DNA of 32,000 bases. It comes from Prochlorococcus marinus subsp. pastoris str. CCMP1986 (lineage in GTDB: Bacteria; Cyanobacteriota; Cyanobacteriia; PCC-6307; Cyanobiaceae). Under the pieces are notes generated by a model. That model ran no database searches. It had not been told where the DNA came from and saw only the letters and a list, made by a program, of their open reading frames with translations. Of this stretch, positions 20,957-31,511 are shown piece by piece. The stretch lies in NCBI RefSeq assembly GCF_000011465.1, contig NC_005072.1:1560001-1592000 (forward strand), written 5' to 3'. The stretch's first letter is position 1. Each line of letters opens with the position of its first letter. The position numbers were made by a program, and so were the translations under genes.

Positions 20957-21967
20957 ATGTCTGATAAAAATTCGTCGCAAAAAAATTGGACATCTTGGCA
21001 TCATCTCCTGCACAAAGAAATTTTGGGCAATAAAACATTAATTCCTGATGGAGCAAATCTATTAATAGCAGTTTCTGGAGGACAAGATTCGATGGCTTTA
21101 TTGAACCTAATCAACGATATGAAAACGCAACATAATTGGTTTGTGAATGTTTGGCATGGAGATCATCAATGGCATAAAAAATCAGCGAAATATGCACTTG
21201 AATTGAAAAGTTACTGTAATAAAAAAAATATTTCATTCTTTTTTGATCAAGCAAATAAAAATAATATTTCTTCTGAAGAAAAAGCAAGAGATTGGAGATA
21301 CAAGAAATTAAGTGAAAGGGCAAATCAATTATTAATTGAGAACCAAAAGGAAATTGATATTTACTTGTTAACTGGTCACACGAATACAGATAATGCAGAA
21401 ACATTTTTATTAAATTTAGCTAGAGGAAGCAATTATGCAGGACTAAGCAATATCAACAAAAAAAGATTACTTAAACATCACATTTTTTTAATAAGACCAT
21501 TATTGATATTTTCTAGAGAAGATACCAAAAAGTTTTGCCAACTTCAAAACATTCCCATTTGGGAAGACCCGACTAACTGTGATCTAACAATTAAGAGAAA
21601 TATTGTAAGAAAAGAAATTATTCCTATTTTAGAAACTATGTATCCTGGTTGTTCTAAGAGGATAAATAGTTTTGCAGAAAAAATGAGCAATTATAAGAAT
21701 GAGCAAAATGATCTCAGTAAGCTTGCATCCCTTTATTGTGAAGATGCAATTGGTGTAAAGAGGGAATTATTAAATAGCTTATGCATTGAAGCAAGATGTA
21801 CTATTTTAAATACTTTTCTAAAAAAGGATTGTACAAAACAATTAAGCTCAAAAAATTTAACTCATTTAGCTTCTTCAATTCTTGTGAAAGATAGAGGCAA
21901 AATAGATTTACCAGATGGATTTGAGATTGTTTGGAATAAGGACTATATAAATCTAGAAAAAAACTAG
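20957..21967 (+). CDS. tilS: tRNA(Ile)-lysidine synthase
   Basis: 336 aa; LLIAVSGGQDSMALLNLI PP-loop, NTDNAETFLLNLARGSN, IFSREDTKKFCQLQNIPIWEDPTNCD. Confidence 0.93.
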   Translation: MSDKNSSQKNWTSWHHLLHKEILGNKTLIPDGANLLIAVSGGQDSMALLNLINDMKTQHNWFVNVWHGDHQWHKKSAKYALELKSYCNKKNISFFFDQANKNNISSEEKARDWRYKKLSERANQLLIENQKEIDIYLLTGHTNTDNAETFLLNLARGSNYAGLSNINKKRLLKHHIFLIRPLLIFSREDTKKFCQLQNIPIWEDPTNCDLTIKRNIVRKEIIPILETMYPGCSKRINSFAEKMSNYKNEQNDLSKLASLYCEDAIGVKRELLNSLCIEARCTILNTFLKKDCTKQLSSKNLTHLASSILVKDRGKIDLPDGFEIVWNKDYINLEKN

Positions 21968-23967
21968 TTTGATACTGCAGATCTCCTTCTTCTAGTCCTA
22001 CCTGCAGGTGCCTCCTCTGTCTTAGCCACTGGAGTTTTAACAGAATCTTTTACAGATTGATTATTCTTTACTTGATTTGTATTTCTAGCTGATGGATTAT
22101 TTTTATAATTATTTTGATTGCGGTTTATATTTTGATTATTAACATTTGGATAATGTTTATTTTTTGGATGATGATTTTGCTCATTAACTATTTGAGGTTT
22201 ATAAGCTCGGGTTCCGCTTGGAGCAGGTTGAGCTAAGCATAGAATTAATGGCTCTACTTGTAATTCTCTTCGCATTCTTCTAGTTAAACCATTTTCAATC
22301 TCTCTTTGGACCCCAATCCAATCAACTTCAAAACTATTGGGACTGGTTTGTCTTGATAATTGTTTCCAGCGGTTTTCTAATACCCAATTTATCTCCCTTT
22401 CGGTCCACATTGACATTTTTCTTGGATCAGCTGATATTACTACCCCTCTTAAACTTACTCGTGGTGGAGCTACCATATTACCATCTGTACTTATAGGGGC
22501 TAAAACAGTAACTATTCCATCATCTGCTAACTGCTGTCTCTCTTTTAGAGCTCTTGCATCTACCACACAAGTCCTTGTATTATCCAGCATTTCAATTCCA
22601 GACTTTACTGGATCTCCTTGAATCATTGAATCAGCTCTAAGCTCAATTGTGTCTCCATTATCAAGGATGAGTATATTATTGGGATCTACGCCCATCGATT
22701 CAGCGGTTTTACCATGCAAAACTTGCATTCTATATTCGCCATGTACTGGAACAAAAAACTTTGGTTTAATTAACGCTAGCATCAATCTTTGATCATCTCT
22801 ACATCCATGACCAGAAACATGAATTCCATGTTCTTTACCATAAATAACATTAGCTCCCAATTTAATTAACCTATCAATACTATGCACTACAGAAATTGTA
22901 TTTCCTGGAATTGGACTGGAAGAAAAAATTACTGTATCCGTAGTTTTGAGTTTAACGTGTGGATGTTCATCTCTTCCAATCCTACTTAATGCAGCCATTA
23001 CCTCACCTTGACTACCTGTCATTAAGAGTAGAGTTTCTCTATCAGGTAAATCTCTTATGCTTTTAATTGGGAAAAAGAGATCGTCAGGACACTTTATATA
23101 ACCTAATTCACGACATTTACCAACAACATTTAACATTGACCGTCCCATTAATCCAATTTTACGTCCATGCTTCATTGCTAATTGGATCACCATCGCAACT
23201 CTATGGGTTGAACTTGCAAAAGTGGTAAGCATAACTCTACCTTTGGCTTCAGATATTATTCGATCTAAATTTGGAAAAACAGAAATTTCTGAAGGAACAA
23301 AACCCTTTACTTCGGAATTTGTAGAGTCCGAGAGTAAGCAAAGAACACCCTTCTCTCCATAAAATGCCATTCTTTCAATATCAGCATGTTTGTTATCAGG
23401 TGGCAGATGATCAAATTTAAAATCCCCAGTAAAGAAAACAACACCTACTGGAGTAGTTAGAGCTAAAGAAAAACTATCCCCAATTGAGTGAGTATTACGT
23501 ATAAATTCTAATGAAAAATGCTGGCCAAGTTTGACAACTTGCCTTGGTTCTATAGTCTGTGTTGTTGTCCTATCAGCCACACCTGCTTCTTCCATTTTTC
23601 CTTTAAGCATTGATATCGCTAAAGGTGGACCATAAATCACAGGAATATTAAATTTCTTTAAATGATGAGAAATTCCACCAATATGGTCTTCGTGACCATG
23701 GGTTACTATCATTCCACGAAATCTATTTAAGTTAGCTTGCAAATAGGATGTATCAGGCATAACAACATTCACTCCATGCATGCCATCACTTGGAAAAGCG
23801 AGTCCCCCATCTATTAAAATGATGTCATCTTGGTATTCAAAAACACATGTATTTTTACCTATTTCATGAAGACCCCCTAATGGAATAATTTTTAAAGCAG
23901 GTTCAATTGATCTTTTTGTTTGAGATAAGGTTTGAGTATTATTTGATTTGATTTGATTTGAATTCAT
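21964..23967 (-). CDS. rnj: Ribonuclease J (metallo-beta-lactamase/beta-CASP RNase)
   Basis: 667 aa; LGGLHEIGKNTCVFEY, VTHGHEDHIGGISHHL, STNSEVKGF, GSQGEVMAALSRI, KFFVPVHGEYRMQVLHG. Low-complexity Asn-rich linker and basic tail (GRTRRRRSAVSN). Confidence 0.95.
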   Translation of the reverse strand: MNSNQIKSNNTQTLSQTKRSIEPALKIIPLGGLHEIGKNTCVFEYQDDIILIDGGLAFPSDGMHGVNVVMPDTSYLQANLNRFRGMIVTHGHEDHIGGISHHLKKFNIPVIYGPPLAISMLKGKMEEAGVADRTTTQTIEPRQVVKLGQHFSLEFIRNTHSIGDSFSLALTTPVGVVFFTGDFKFDHLPPDNKHADIERMAFYGEKGVLCLLSDSTNSEVKGFVPSEISVFPNLDRIISEAKGRVMLTTFASSTHRVAMVIQLAMKHGRKIGLMGRSMLNVVGKCRELGYIKCPDDLFFPIKSIRDLPDRETLLLMTGSQGEVMAALSRIGRDEHPHVKLKTTDTVIFSSSPIPGNTISVVHSIDRLIKLGANVIYGKEHGIHVSGHGCRDDQRLMLALIKPKFFVPVHGEYRMQVLHGKTAESMGVDPNNILILDNGDTIELRADSMIQGDPVKSGIEMLDNTRTCVVDARALKERQQLADDGIVTVLAPISTDGNMVAPPRVSLRGVVISADPRKMSMWTEREINWVLENRWKQLSRQTSPNSFEVDWIGVQREIENGLTRRMRRELQVEPLILCLAQPAPSGTRAYKPQIVNEQNHHPKNKHYPNVNNQNINRNQNNYKNNPSARNTNQVKNNQSVKDSVKTPVAKTEEAPAGRTRRRRSAVSN

Positions 23968-24043
23968 AATAGAAGTATTTTAACAAGCTAAAAATGTGGT
24001 TATTAAAGTCAAAGTAACTTTATTAAAGCGTTAAAAAAAGTAT

Positions 24044-24952
24044 TTACAAAGACAGATTTTGAATTATCTGAAGTAAGCTTTCTCTCTTTTCTTTAATAAG
24101 AGGCGTTAATGGATTCCTAGGAGAACCAACTTGCCAACCTCGTAGTTCTAAAGCTGCTTTGATGGGAATTGGATTTGTCGTTTCAAAGAGTGCCTTGAAA
24201 AGTGGTTGCAGTTTTTCATGAATATCAAGAGCAATAGATATTTCACCTTTTTGAAATGATTCAATCATAGTTTTAAGCTGCAACCCAACAATGTGGCTAG
24301 CTACGCTTACTACACCAACAGCACCAACAGATAACATAGGAAGCAACAATGAATCATCGCCACTATATATTGAAAGTTTAGAGCCGCACGCCGCCCTTAA
24401 CTCTGTCACTTCCTCTATTCTACCGCTTGCTGCTTTAATACTGAGAATATTTGGGAAATTCATAAGTTTATTTACAGTGGTGGGTAATAAATTACAACCA
24501 GTTCTTCCAGGGATGTTATACAACATTAAAGGCAAATCACTAGCTGCATTAGCTATAGAACTAAAGTGTTTATAAAGACCTTCTTGAGGGGGCTTATTGT
24601 AGTAAGGGACAACAACTAAAGCACCATCCGCACCAAATTCATAAGCTTTTTGGGTAGCTTCTATAGCCTCACTGGTACAGTTACTACCTGTACCAACAAT
24701 AACTTTAGATCTAGAATTTAAAGAACCTTTTACTGCAACAAACAAATTATGTTGTTCAGCCCATGTAAGAGTTGGAGACTCTCCTGTGGTCCCACATAGC
24801 ACAATTCCATCAGAGCCATTTTCACAAAGGTAATTAGAAAGTTTAATAGCTAATTCATAATCAACTGCACCATTTTTTTTAAATGGAGTAACCATAGCTG
24901 TCAAAATTCTTCCGAATAATGGATTAGAAAATTTAGTATTGTTGGGAATCAT
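24044..24952 (-). CDS. dapA: 4-hydroxy-tetrahydrodipicolinate synthase
   Basis: 302 aa; [84 protein letters not shown]. Confidence 0.97.
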   Translation of the reverse strand: MIPNNTKFSNPLFGRILTAMVTPFKKNGAVDYELAIKLSNYLCENGSDGIVLCGTTGESPTLTWAEQHNLFVAVKGSLNSRSKVIVGTGSNCTSEAIEATQKAYEFGADGALVVVPYYNKPPQEGLYKHFSSIANAASDLPLMLYNIPGRTGCNLLPTTVNKLMNFPNILSIKAASGRIEEVTELRAACGSKLSIYSGDDSLLLPMLSVGAVGVVSVASHIVGLQLKTMIESFQKGEISIALDIHEKLQPLFKALFETTNPIPIKAALELRGWQVGSPRNPLTPLIKEKRESLLQIIQNLSL

Positions 24953-25980
24953 TTTTTTGCAATTAATAATTCTGCTATTTGAACAGCATTAAGTGCTGCT
25001 CCTTTCCTTATTTGATCTCCACATAACCATAATTCTAATCCATTAGAATTACTAATATCAGTTCTTATTCTTCCTACCGCAATATTATCTCTTCCCATCA
25101 CATCATTTGGCATCGGGAACCTATTTTTTTCATAATCTTCTATTATTTCTAAACCTTTAGCTTTTTTCAATTGATTAATAGCATAAGAAGGTTTGATAAC
25201 ATCATCAAATTCAACATTCACTGATTCAGAATGAGCTCTAAGAACGGGAACTCGAACGCATGTTGAAGACAGTTTTAAATCAGTAATATTTAGTATTTTG
25301 CGAGTTTCATTTGTCATTTTCATCTCTTCTTCGCAGTAATTATTTGAAAGCATTGGTGAATTATGTAGAAAGAGATTAAATGCTAAGGAATATGGTAAGA
25401 CTTCACTTTCTTTGGGATCTCCCTGCAAATATTTCTTAGTTAAAAACTGTAATTCCTCCATTGCTAATTGACCAGCTCCACTTACCGATTGATAAGTTGA
25501 AACGATTACTCTTTTAATCGGAGAAATTTTATTCAAAGGAGCTAAAACTAGAGTCAGTAATATTGTTGTGCAATTCGGATTAGCGATGACACCATTATGC
25601 TTTAAAGCTTCACAAGCATTTACTTCCGGAACAACAAGAGGAACATCATTTTCTAATCTGAATGCACTTGAATTATCAATTAGTACAGCATTTTGATCTT
25701 TAACTGTAGATAGCCACTGTTTTGAAATACTTCCACCTGCGGAAGCAAGAACTAAATCAACATTCAAAAATTCTTCTTTTGAAGCTTTTTTAGTAATAAT
25801 TTCTTCTCCTTTCCATTTGACTATTTTCCCTTCTGACCGCTGAGATGAAAGCAAAACTAATTCTGAGATAGGAAAGTCTCTTTCTTCAAGAATTTTAAGA
25901 AGTTCAGATCCAACAGCACCTGAAGAACCTAAAACAGCTACTTTTAATGGTCTATTTGGTAAAAAAGGAGAATTTCTCAC
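24949..25980 (-). CDS. asd: Aspartate-semialdehyde dehydrogenase
   Basis: 343 aa; [94 protein letters not shown] overlap with dapA. Confidence 0.97.
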   Translation of the reverse strand: MRNSPFLPNRPLKVAVLGSSGAVGSELLKILEERDFPISELVLLSSQRSEGKIVKWKGEEIITKKASKEEFLNVDLVLASAGGSISKQWLSTVKDQNAVLIDNSSAFRLENDVPLVVPEVNACEALKHNGVIANPNCTTILLTLVLAPLNKISPIKRVIVSTYQSVSGAGQLAMEELQFLTKKYLQGDPKESEVLPYSLAFNLFLHNSPMLSNNYCEEEMKMTNETRKILNITDLKLSSTCVRVPVLRAHSESVNVEFDDVIKPSYAINQLKKAKGLEIIEDYEKNRFPMPNDVMGRDNIAVGRIRTDISNSNGLELWLCGDQIRKGAALNAVQIAELLIAKK

Positions 25981-26107
25981 TATATAAATTAAAAAATTAT
26001 AAGATTTAATATTTTTCTTACTGTATCAAAAAAGTTAACTTCAAGGAAATCACTTAATGTGGAATAATTAAGATTCTGCCTATTGTAATAATTTTAAAAA
26101 CTCAAAC

Positions 26108-27529
26108 ATGATTAAAGAAGAATTAATAGTAAAAACTACCGCACTACCCCAAAGTAGAATTGCACTTGAATTAGAAATACCATCTAATACATGCAAATCA
26201 TGCGTAAATGAGACAATAAATTCAATTAGTCGTTCGGCCAAAATTCCTGGGTTTAGGCTTGGCAAAATTCCAAAACAAGTATTAATACAACGAATCGGCA
26301 TTACACAACTACATGCCTCTGCCCTAGAAAAAATAATTGATAAATCTTGGAACCAAGCTTTAAAGATGGAATCAATAGAGCCACTAAGTGAACCAGAATT
26401 AGTTGATGGATTTGAATCAATACTAAAATTTTTTAATCCGGAAAAACCTTTAAAAATTACTCTACAAACTGATATTGCACCCGAATTTAAATTAAAAAAA
26501 TCAAAAGGTCTATCAGTTGAGATTAAAAAAAGTAAGTTTGACCCCAAATCCATAGATGAAGCTTTGGAAAAATCAAGAAATCAATTAGCAAATATTATTC
26601 CAGTTAATAACAGGCCTGCTAAGTTAGGAGACATCGCGGTAGTTAGTTTCAAAGGTGTTTACAAAGATTCCAAAAAAGAAATCGACGGGGGATCTAGTGA
26701 TTCAATGGATCTTGAATTAGAAAAGAACAAAATGATTCCAGGCTTCGTTGAGGGAATTGTTGGTATGAAAATTGATGATAATAAAACTCTTACTCTAAGA
26801 TTTCCTGAAGACTATTCTCATGAAGATTCCAGAGGTAAAGAAGCAATTTTTGACATAAGTCTTAAAGATCTTAAAGAAAAAGAATTACCCGAACTTAATG
26901 ATGATTTTGCAAAACAATCTGGAAATAAAGATTCATTAAAAGAACTAAAAAAAGATATAGAAAAACAACTAAAGGAGAATTTTGATAATACTCAAAAAAA
27001 TATAAAAGTTGAAGCTTTAATGGATGCACTATCCAAAGAGTTAGATGCCGAGATTCCAAAAGCAATGATTGATATTGAAGTTAGAAATAATATTGAACAA
27101 ACAGCGCAAAGATTTGCTCAACAAGGCATGGATATTAAATCAACATTTACTCCAGAATTGGTGAAATCTTTAGCAGAATCAACTCGTCCTCAAGCTGAAA
27201 AAAATGTTCAAAGAAATTTAGCTTTAAAAGCATTATCAGAAAGAGAAAAAATCACAGTCGATAATGAAGAAATAGATCAGAAAATGAAGGAATATGAAGA
27301 TGAAATTTCTAAATCACCAAAACAAATTGACATTCAGAAATTAAAAGATGTAGTTCGCAACGATCTCCTACAAGAAAAGTTAATCACTTGGCTTGAAGAA
27401 AATTCAGCAGTAAAAGAAATAAATGAAAAAGCAACAAAATTAACCACAAAAACAACCACAAAAGCAACTACCAAAAAAGGAGTTAAAACTAAAAGTAAAC
27501 CCAAGGTAAACAAAAAAGAAAAAAATTAA
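26108..27529 (+). CDS. tig: Trigger factor (ribosome-associated peptidyl-prolyl isomerase)
   Basis: 473 aa; IPGFRLGKIPKQVLIQRIG ribosome-binding motif, FKGVYKDSKKEIDGGSSDSMDLELEKNKMIPGFVEGIVGM FKBP-like domain, helical C-domain and a Lys/Thr-rich tail. Confidence 0.95.
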   Translation: MIKEELIVKTTALPQSRIALELEIPSNTCKSCVNETINSISRSAKIPGFRLGKIPKQVLIQRIGITQLHASALEKIIDKSWNQALKMESIEPLSEPELVDGFESILKFFNPEKPLKITLQTDIAPEFKLKKSKGLSVEIKKSKFDPKSIDEALEKSRNQLANIIPVNNRPAKLGDIAVVSFKGVYKDSKKEIDGGSSDSMDLELEKNKMIPGFVEGIVGMKIDDNKTLTLRFPEDYSHEDSRGKEAIFDISLKDLKEKELPELNDDFAKQSGNKDSLKELKKDIEKQLKENFDNTQKNIKVEALMDALSKELDAEIPKAMIDIEVRNNIEQTAQRFAQQGMDIKSTFTPELVKSLAESTRPQAEKNVQRNLALKALSEREKITVDNEEIDQKMKEYEDEISKSPKQIDIQKLKDVVRNDLLQEKLITWLEENSAVKEINEKATKLTTKTTTKATTKKGVKTKSKPKVNKKEKN

Positions 27530-27594
27530 TTTATAAAAAATTTAACTATTCAGCAAAAAAACCCTTAAATTAGATTAAGAAAGAGATTAACTAA

Positions 27595-28242
27595 GTGTAT
27601 TCTGAAAAAAAACATTTAATCCAAAGCTCAATAAATTCTCGCGATATTGATAAATCGAGATCTGCTGTTCCTACTGTAGTAGAACAATCTGGAAGAGGAG
27701 AAAGAGCATTTGATATTTATTCAAGATTATTAAGAGAAAGGATAATATTTTTAGGTACCGGGATTAATGATCAAGTATCAGATTCATTAGTTGCACAATT
27801 ATTATTTCTAGAAGCAGAAGATCCTCACAAAGATATACAAATATATATTAATTCTCCCGGTGGCTCTGTTACTGCTGGATTAGCTATATACGATACAATG
27901 CAGCAAATCTCTCCAGACGTTGTAACAATCTGTTTTGGTGTAGCTGCAAGTATGGGGGCATTCCTCCTTAGTGGGGGGGCGAAAGGGAAAAGGTTAGCTT
28001 TACCTAATTCGAGAATAATGATTCACCAACCACTTGGAGGTGCTCAAGGCCAAGCAGTTGAAATTGAAATACAAGCAAAAGAAATACTATTTCTCAAAAA
28101 AACATTAAATTCTCTTTTAGCAAAACATACTAATCAATCTTTAGAAAAAATTAATGAAGATACTGAAAGAGACTATTTTCTATCGCCTGAAGAAGCAGTT
28201 GAATACGGACTAATTGATAAAGTCATAAAAAATGACAAGTAA
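27595..28242 (+). CDS. clpP: ATP-dependent Clp protease proteolytic subunit
   Basis: 215 aa, GTG start; [69 protein letters not shown] (catalytic Ser), [17 protein letters not shown] (catalytic His). Confidence 0.97.
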   Translation: MYSEKKHLIQSSINSRDIDKSRSAVPTVVEQSGRGERAFDIYSRLLRERIIFLGTGINDQVSDSLVAQLLFLEAEDPHKDIQIYINSPGGSVTAGLAIYDTMQQISPDVVTICFGVAASMGAFLLSGGAKGKRLALPNSRIMIHQPLGGAQGQAVEIEIQAKEILFLKKTLNSLLAKHTNQSLEKINEDTERDYFLSPEEAVEYGLIDKVIKNDK

Positions 28243-28345
28243 AAGGAATATTTTAAGAATATGATGACGAATCCAATTTTATAAGCAATCCTAATAAGTA
28301 AGGGATATTTAACCTTTTTTTATTCTACACAAGCTTTGATAATCG

Positions 28346-29713
28346 ATGGCTAAATTCGACGCCCATCTAAAATGTTCTTTTTGTGGTAAATCACAAGATC
28401 AAGTTAGAAAACTTATAGCTGGTCCAGGGGTTTACATTTGTGATGAATGCATAGACCTTTGTAATGAAATTCTTGATGAAGAATTAATTGATACTCAAGC
28501 AAAAATCAATAACTCACCTCAAGTAAAGAAAAAATTACCAACTAATAATTCTGATAAATCTATTCCTTTAGAATTAACTTCTATCCCCAAACCACTTGAA
28601 ATTAAAACTTTTCTTGATAACCAAGTTGTAGGTCAAGAATCTGCAAAAAAAATACTATCAGTTGCTGTTTATAATCACTATAAAAGACTAGCCTGGAGAT
28701 TAAAAGAAGAAAATAAAGAAAATGATTCTAATGATTTACAAGCAACTAAACTACAAAAATCAAACATCTTACTAATCGGCCCAACTGGAAGTGGTAAAAC
28801 GTTATTAGCACAAACTTTAGCTGAATTTCTTGATGTTCCTTTTGCAGTAGCTGATGCAACAAGTCTTACTGAAGCTGGATATGTCGGCGAAGATGTTGAA
28901 AATATCCTCTTGAGACTTCTACAAAAATCAGAAATGAATGTGGATTTAGCTCAAAAGGGGATCATATACATTGATGAAATAGACAAGATCGCCAGAAAGA
29001 GTGAAAACCCATCAATTACAAGAGATGTATCTGGAGAAGGAGTTCAACAAGCATTGTTAAAAATGCTTGAAGGAACAATTGCCAATGTTCCACCACAAGG
29101 AGGAAGAAAACACCCCAACCATGACTGTATTCAAATCGATACAAGCCAGATTTTATTTATATGTGGAGGTGCATTTATAGGTCTAGAGGATATTGTTCAA
29201 AAACGTTTAGGGAAAAATTCAATTGGATTTACTACCAACCCTGATGAAAGCAAAATAAATGCAAAAAAAATAATTGATTCCCGAGATGCTCTCAAGAATT
29301 TAGAACAAGATGATCTAGTCAAATATGGATTAATTCCAGAATTCATTGGAAGAATTCCTGTATGCGCGGTATTAGATCGTCTTTCTAAAGAAACTCTTGA
29401 ATCAATTCTGACAGAACCAAGAGACGCATTGGTAAAGCAATTTAAAACTTTATTAAGTATGGATAACGTTGAATTAAATTTCGAACCAGAGTCTGTGGAA
29501 GCAATCGCTAATGAAGCCTTTAAAAGAAAAACGGGCGCCAGAGCTCTTAGATCAATAATTGAAGAATTAATGCTTGATTTAATGTATACACTTCCATCAC
29601 AAGAAGAAGTTAAAGAGTTTATCATTACGAAAAAAATGGTAGACAAACTCTTCTTGTCGAAAATTGTTAAACTTCCAGCAGGATCTCAAAGGATTATTAA
29701 AGAATCTGCATAA
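28346..29713 (+). CDS. clpX: ATP-dependent Clp protease ATP-binding subunit ClpX
   Basis: 455 aa; [30 protein letters not shown] zinc finger, [70 protein letters not shown]. Confidence 0.98.
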   Translation: MAKFDAHLKCSFCGKSQDQVRKLIAGPGVYICDECIDLCNEILDEELIDTQAKINNSPQVKKKLPTNNSDKSIPLELTSIPKPLEIKTFLDNQVVGQESAKKILSVAVYNHYKRLAWRLKEENKENDSNDLQATKLQKSNILLIGPTGSGKTLLAQTLAEFLDVPFAVADATSLTEAGYVGEDVENILLRLLQKSEMNVDLAQKGIIYIDEIDKIARKSENPSITRDVSGEGVQQALLKMLEGTIANVPPQGGRKHPNHDCIQIDTSQILFICGGAFIGLEDIVQKRLGKNSIGFTTNPDESKINAKKIIDSRDALKNLEQDDLVKYGLIPEFIGRIPVCAVLDRLSKETLESILTEPRDALVKQFKTLLSMDNVELNFEPESVEAIANEAFKRKTGARALRSIIEELMLDLMYTLPSQEEVKEFIITKKMVDKLFLSKIVKLPAGSQRIIKESA

Positions 29714-29770
29714 AAATTAAGGTTTTCGTTTTCCATAATTCAACTTTAATCATGTAATTAAAAATAATAA

Positions 29771-31510
29771 ATGCTTAATATACATAAACCTTTTCATCAA
29801 AAATATAGGCCTCTTAACCTTGATGAGCTGGTTGGTCAAGAATTTATATCAATCACTCTTAAACAAGCATTAATATCACAGAAAATTGCACCTGCTTATC
29901 TCTTTAATGGACCTAGAGGGACAGGGAAGACATCAAGTGCAAGAATATTTGCAAAATCATTAAATTGTCTATCATCTAAACAACCTACGCCAAATCCATG
30001 TGAAAAATGCGAATTATGTATACAAATAGCGGAAGGTAATGCCTTAGATATTATTGAAATTGATGCCGCATCTAATACTGGAGTTGAAAATATACGAGAA
30101 ATAATTGATAGAGCAAGATTTGCCCCGACTCAAGCTAGATGGAAAGTATATGTTATCGATGAATGTCATATGCTTTCAACAGCTGCATCAAATGCTTTAC
30201 TCAAAACTATTGAAGAACCTCCTGAAAGAGTTGTTTTTATTCTTGCAACAACAAATCCTGAAAGAGTCATAAATACCATTCAAAGTAGATGTCAGAAATT
30301 TGATTTTAAAAGAATAAGCGCAAATACTATTTTCAACAACCTTTCTGCAATAGCAAATAAAGAATCAATTAAATTTGAAGATCAAGCTCTCAAACTAATT
30401 GCAAAAAGATCAAATGGTGGAATGCGAGATGCACAAAGTTTACTAGATCAATTAAGTCTTCTTCCTAATGGCGTTACTACTAAAAATGTTCAAAGCTTAC
30501 TTGGAGAAGTATCCGAAAATGATTTGACTGATTTAATCAATGCATTAATTAATAATCAGCCTGAGTCGTTATTAATTAGTTGTAATAACTTATATGATGC
30601 AGGAAATGAACCAAATGAGATATTAGTTGGACTATTAAATATTACTAGAGACCTTTTACTTAAAACTTTAAATAATAATTATTCTGAAATGTACTATACC
30701 TCTATTGAATTTCAAAATGAATTAAATAAATTCTCTTACAATGTTAGTAAGAACAGAATTATTGACTGGCATAACAAGCTTAAGAATGTTGATTATCAAA
30801 TAAAAACAAGCGACAATCCAAGATTATGGTTGGAAATACACTTAACAAGTCTTCTTGAAAAAAATATCAATCAAACAATAATTAATAAGAAAGAATTAAT
30901 TAATAAACAAGTTATCTCAGAAGATAATAAAAACCAAAATGAATCAGGAGATTTCAATAAGAAAGAATTAATTAATAAACAAGTTATCTCAGAAGATAAT
31001 AAAAACCAAAATGAATCAGGAGATTTCAATAAGAAAGAATTAATTAATAATCAGGACATTAACCAAAATTCTAAAAATGATAATCAAACTGATTATTTAA
31101 AAGAAAAGTGGGAGCTAATTCTTTCTAAATTAGAATTGCCATCAACAAAAATGCTACTTTCTCAGCAAGCAGAACTTGCCAGTATTGATTCGAATGAAGT
31201 TTTAATAGCATTATCTCCCAACTGGGAAAATATGATCAAAAGTCGAAAAGTAATAATTGAAAATGCTATAAAAAAAGTATTTGGGGATAAAGTAAAACTT
31301 AACTTTTCTAGCAAAAAAATTAATATTACTAAGACTGCAAACTTACAAGATAAAGTAATCAAGAAATTAAATGACAATTATGAAAAGCAAAGCACTAATT
31401 TTCATGATTCACCCTCCCCCACTAATAAACCTAAACCAGAATCCTATAATAATAGTCCCGAAAATTTAGCAAATTTTTTTAACGGAGAAATTGTTGATTT
31501 AGATGAATAA
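29771..31510 (+). CDS. dnaX: DNA polymerase III subunit gamma/tau
   Basis: 579 aa; FHQKYRPLNLDELVGQEFI, AYLFNGPRGTGKTSSARIFAKSLNC, C-x8-C-x2-C-x2-C zinc site (CLSSKQPTPNPCEKCELC), VYVIDECHMLSTAASNALLKTIEEPP. Confidence 0.97.
   Translation: MLNIHKPFHQKYRPLNLDELVGQEFISITLKQALISQKIAPAYLFNGPRGTGKTSSARIFAKSLNCLSSKQPTPNPCEKCELCIQIAEGNALDIIEIDAASNTGVENIREIIDRARFAPTQARWKVYVIDECHMLSTAASNALLKTIEEPPERVVFILATTNPERVINTIQSRCQKFDFKRISANTIFNNLSAIANKESIKFEDQALKLIAKRSNGGMRDAQSLLDQLSLLPNGVTTKNVQSLLGEVSENDLTDLINALINNQPESLLISCNNLYDAGNEPNEILVGLLNITRDLLLKTLNNNYSEMYYTSIEFQNELNKFSYNVSKNRIIDWHNKLKNVDYQIKTSDNPRLWLEIHLTSLLEKNINQTIINKKELINKQVISEDNKNQNESGDFNKKELINKQVISEDNKNQNESGDFNKKELINNQDINQNSKNDNQTDYLKEKWELILSKLELPSTKMLLSQQAELASIDSNEVLIALSPNWENMIKSRKVIIENAIKKVFGDKVKLNFSSKKINITKTANLQDKVIKKLNDNYEKQSTNFHDSPSPTNKPKPESYNNSPENLANFFNGEIVDLDE
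30884..31050 (+). repeat. 72-nt perfect tandem repeat, about 2.3 copies, in frame within dnaX
   Basis: AATAAGAAAGAATTAATTAATAAACAAGTTATCTCAGAAGATAATAAAAACCAAAATGAATCAGGAGATTTC at 30884-30955 is repeated identically at 30956-31027. The first 23 nt recur at 31028-31050. It encodes NKKELINKQVISEDNKNQNESGDF. Confidence 0.97.
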
Positions 31511-31511
31511 C

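Noticed and set aside
21111-21404. 97-aa hydrophobic ORF antisense to tilS
   Set aside because: Aromatic/Leu-rich composition is an expected artefact of reading the antisense of Asn/Lys-rich AT-rich coding sequence.
22337-22621. 94-aa ORF antisense to rnj
   Set aside because: Contained in the RNase J core; no support.
24291-24575. 94-aa ORF antisense to dapA
   Set aside because: Contained in dapA, no motifs.
26080-26553. 157-aa ORF antisense to the start of tig
   Set aside because: Despite its length it lies opposite a convincing trigger factor N-terminus and shows no recognisable domain.
29197-29646. 149-aa ORF antisense to clpX
   Set aside because: Opposite highly conserved ClpX sequence; typical shadow ORF.
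30884-31050. CRISPR-like or mobile-element interpretation of the repeat in dnaX
   Set aside because: Copies are directly adjacent with no spacers, preserve the dnaX frame, and show no inverted ends or associated transposase or Cas genes.
31162-31377. 71-aa ORF antisense to dnaX
   Set aside because: Shadow ORF, no supporting features.
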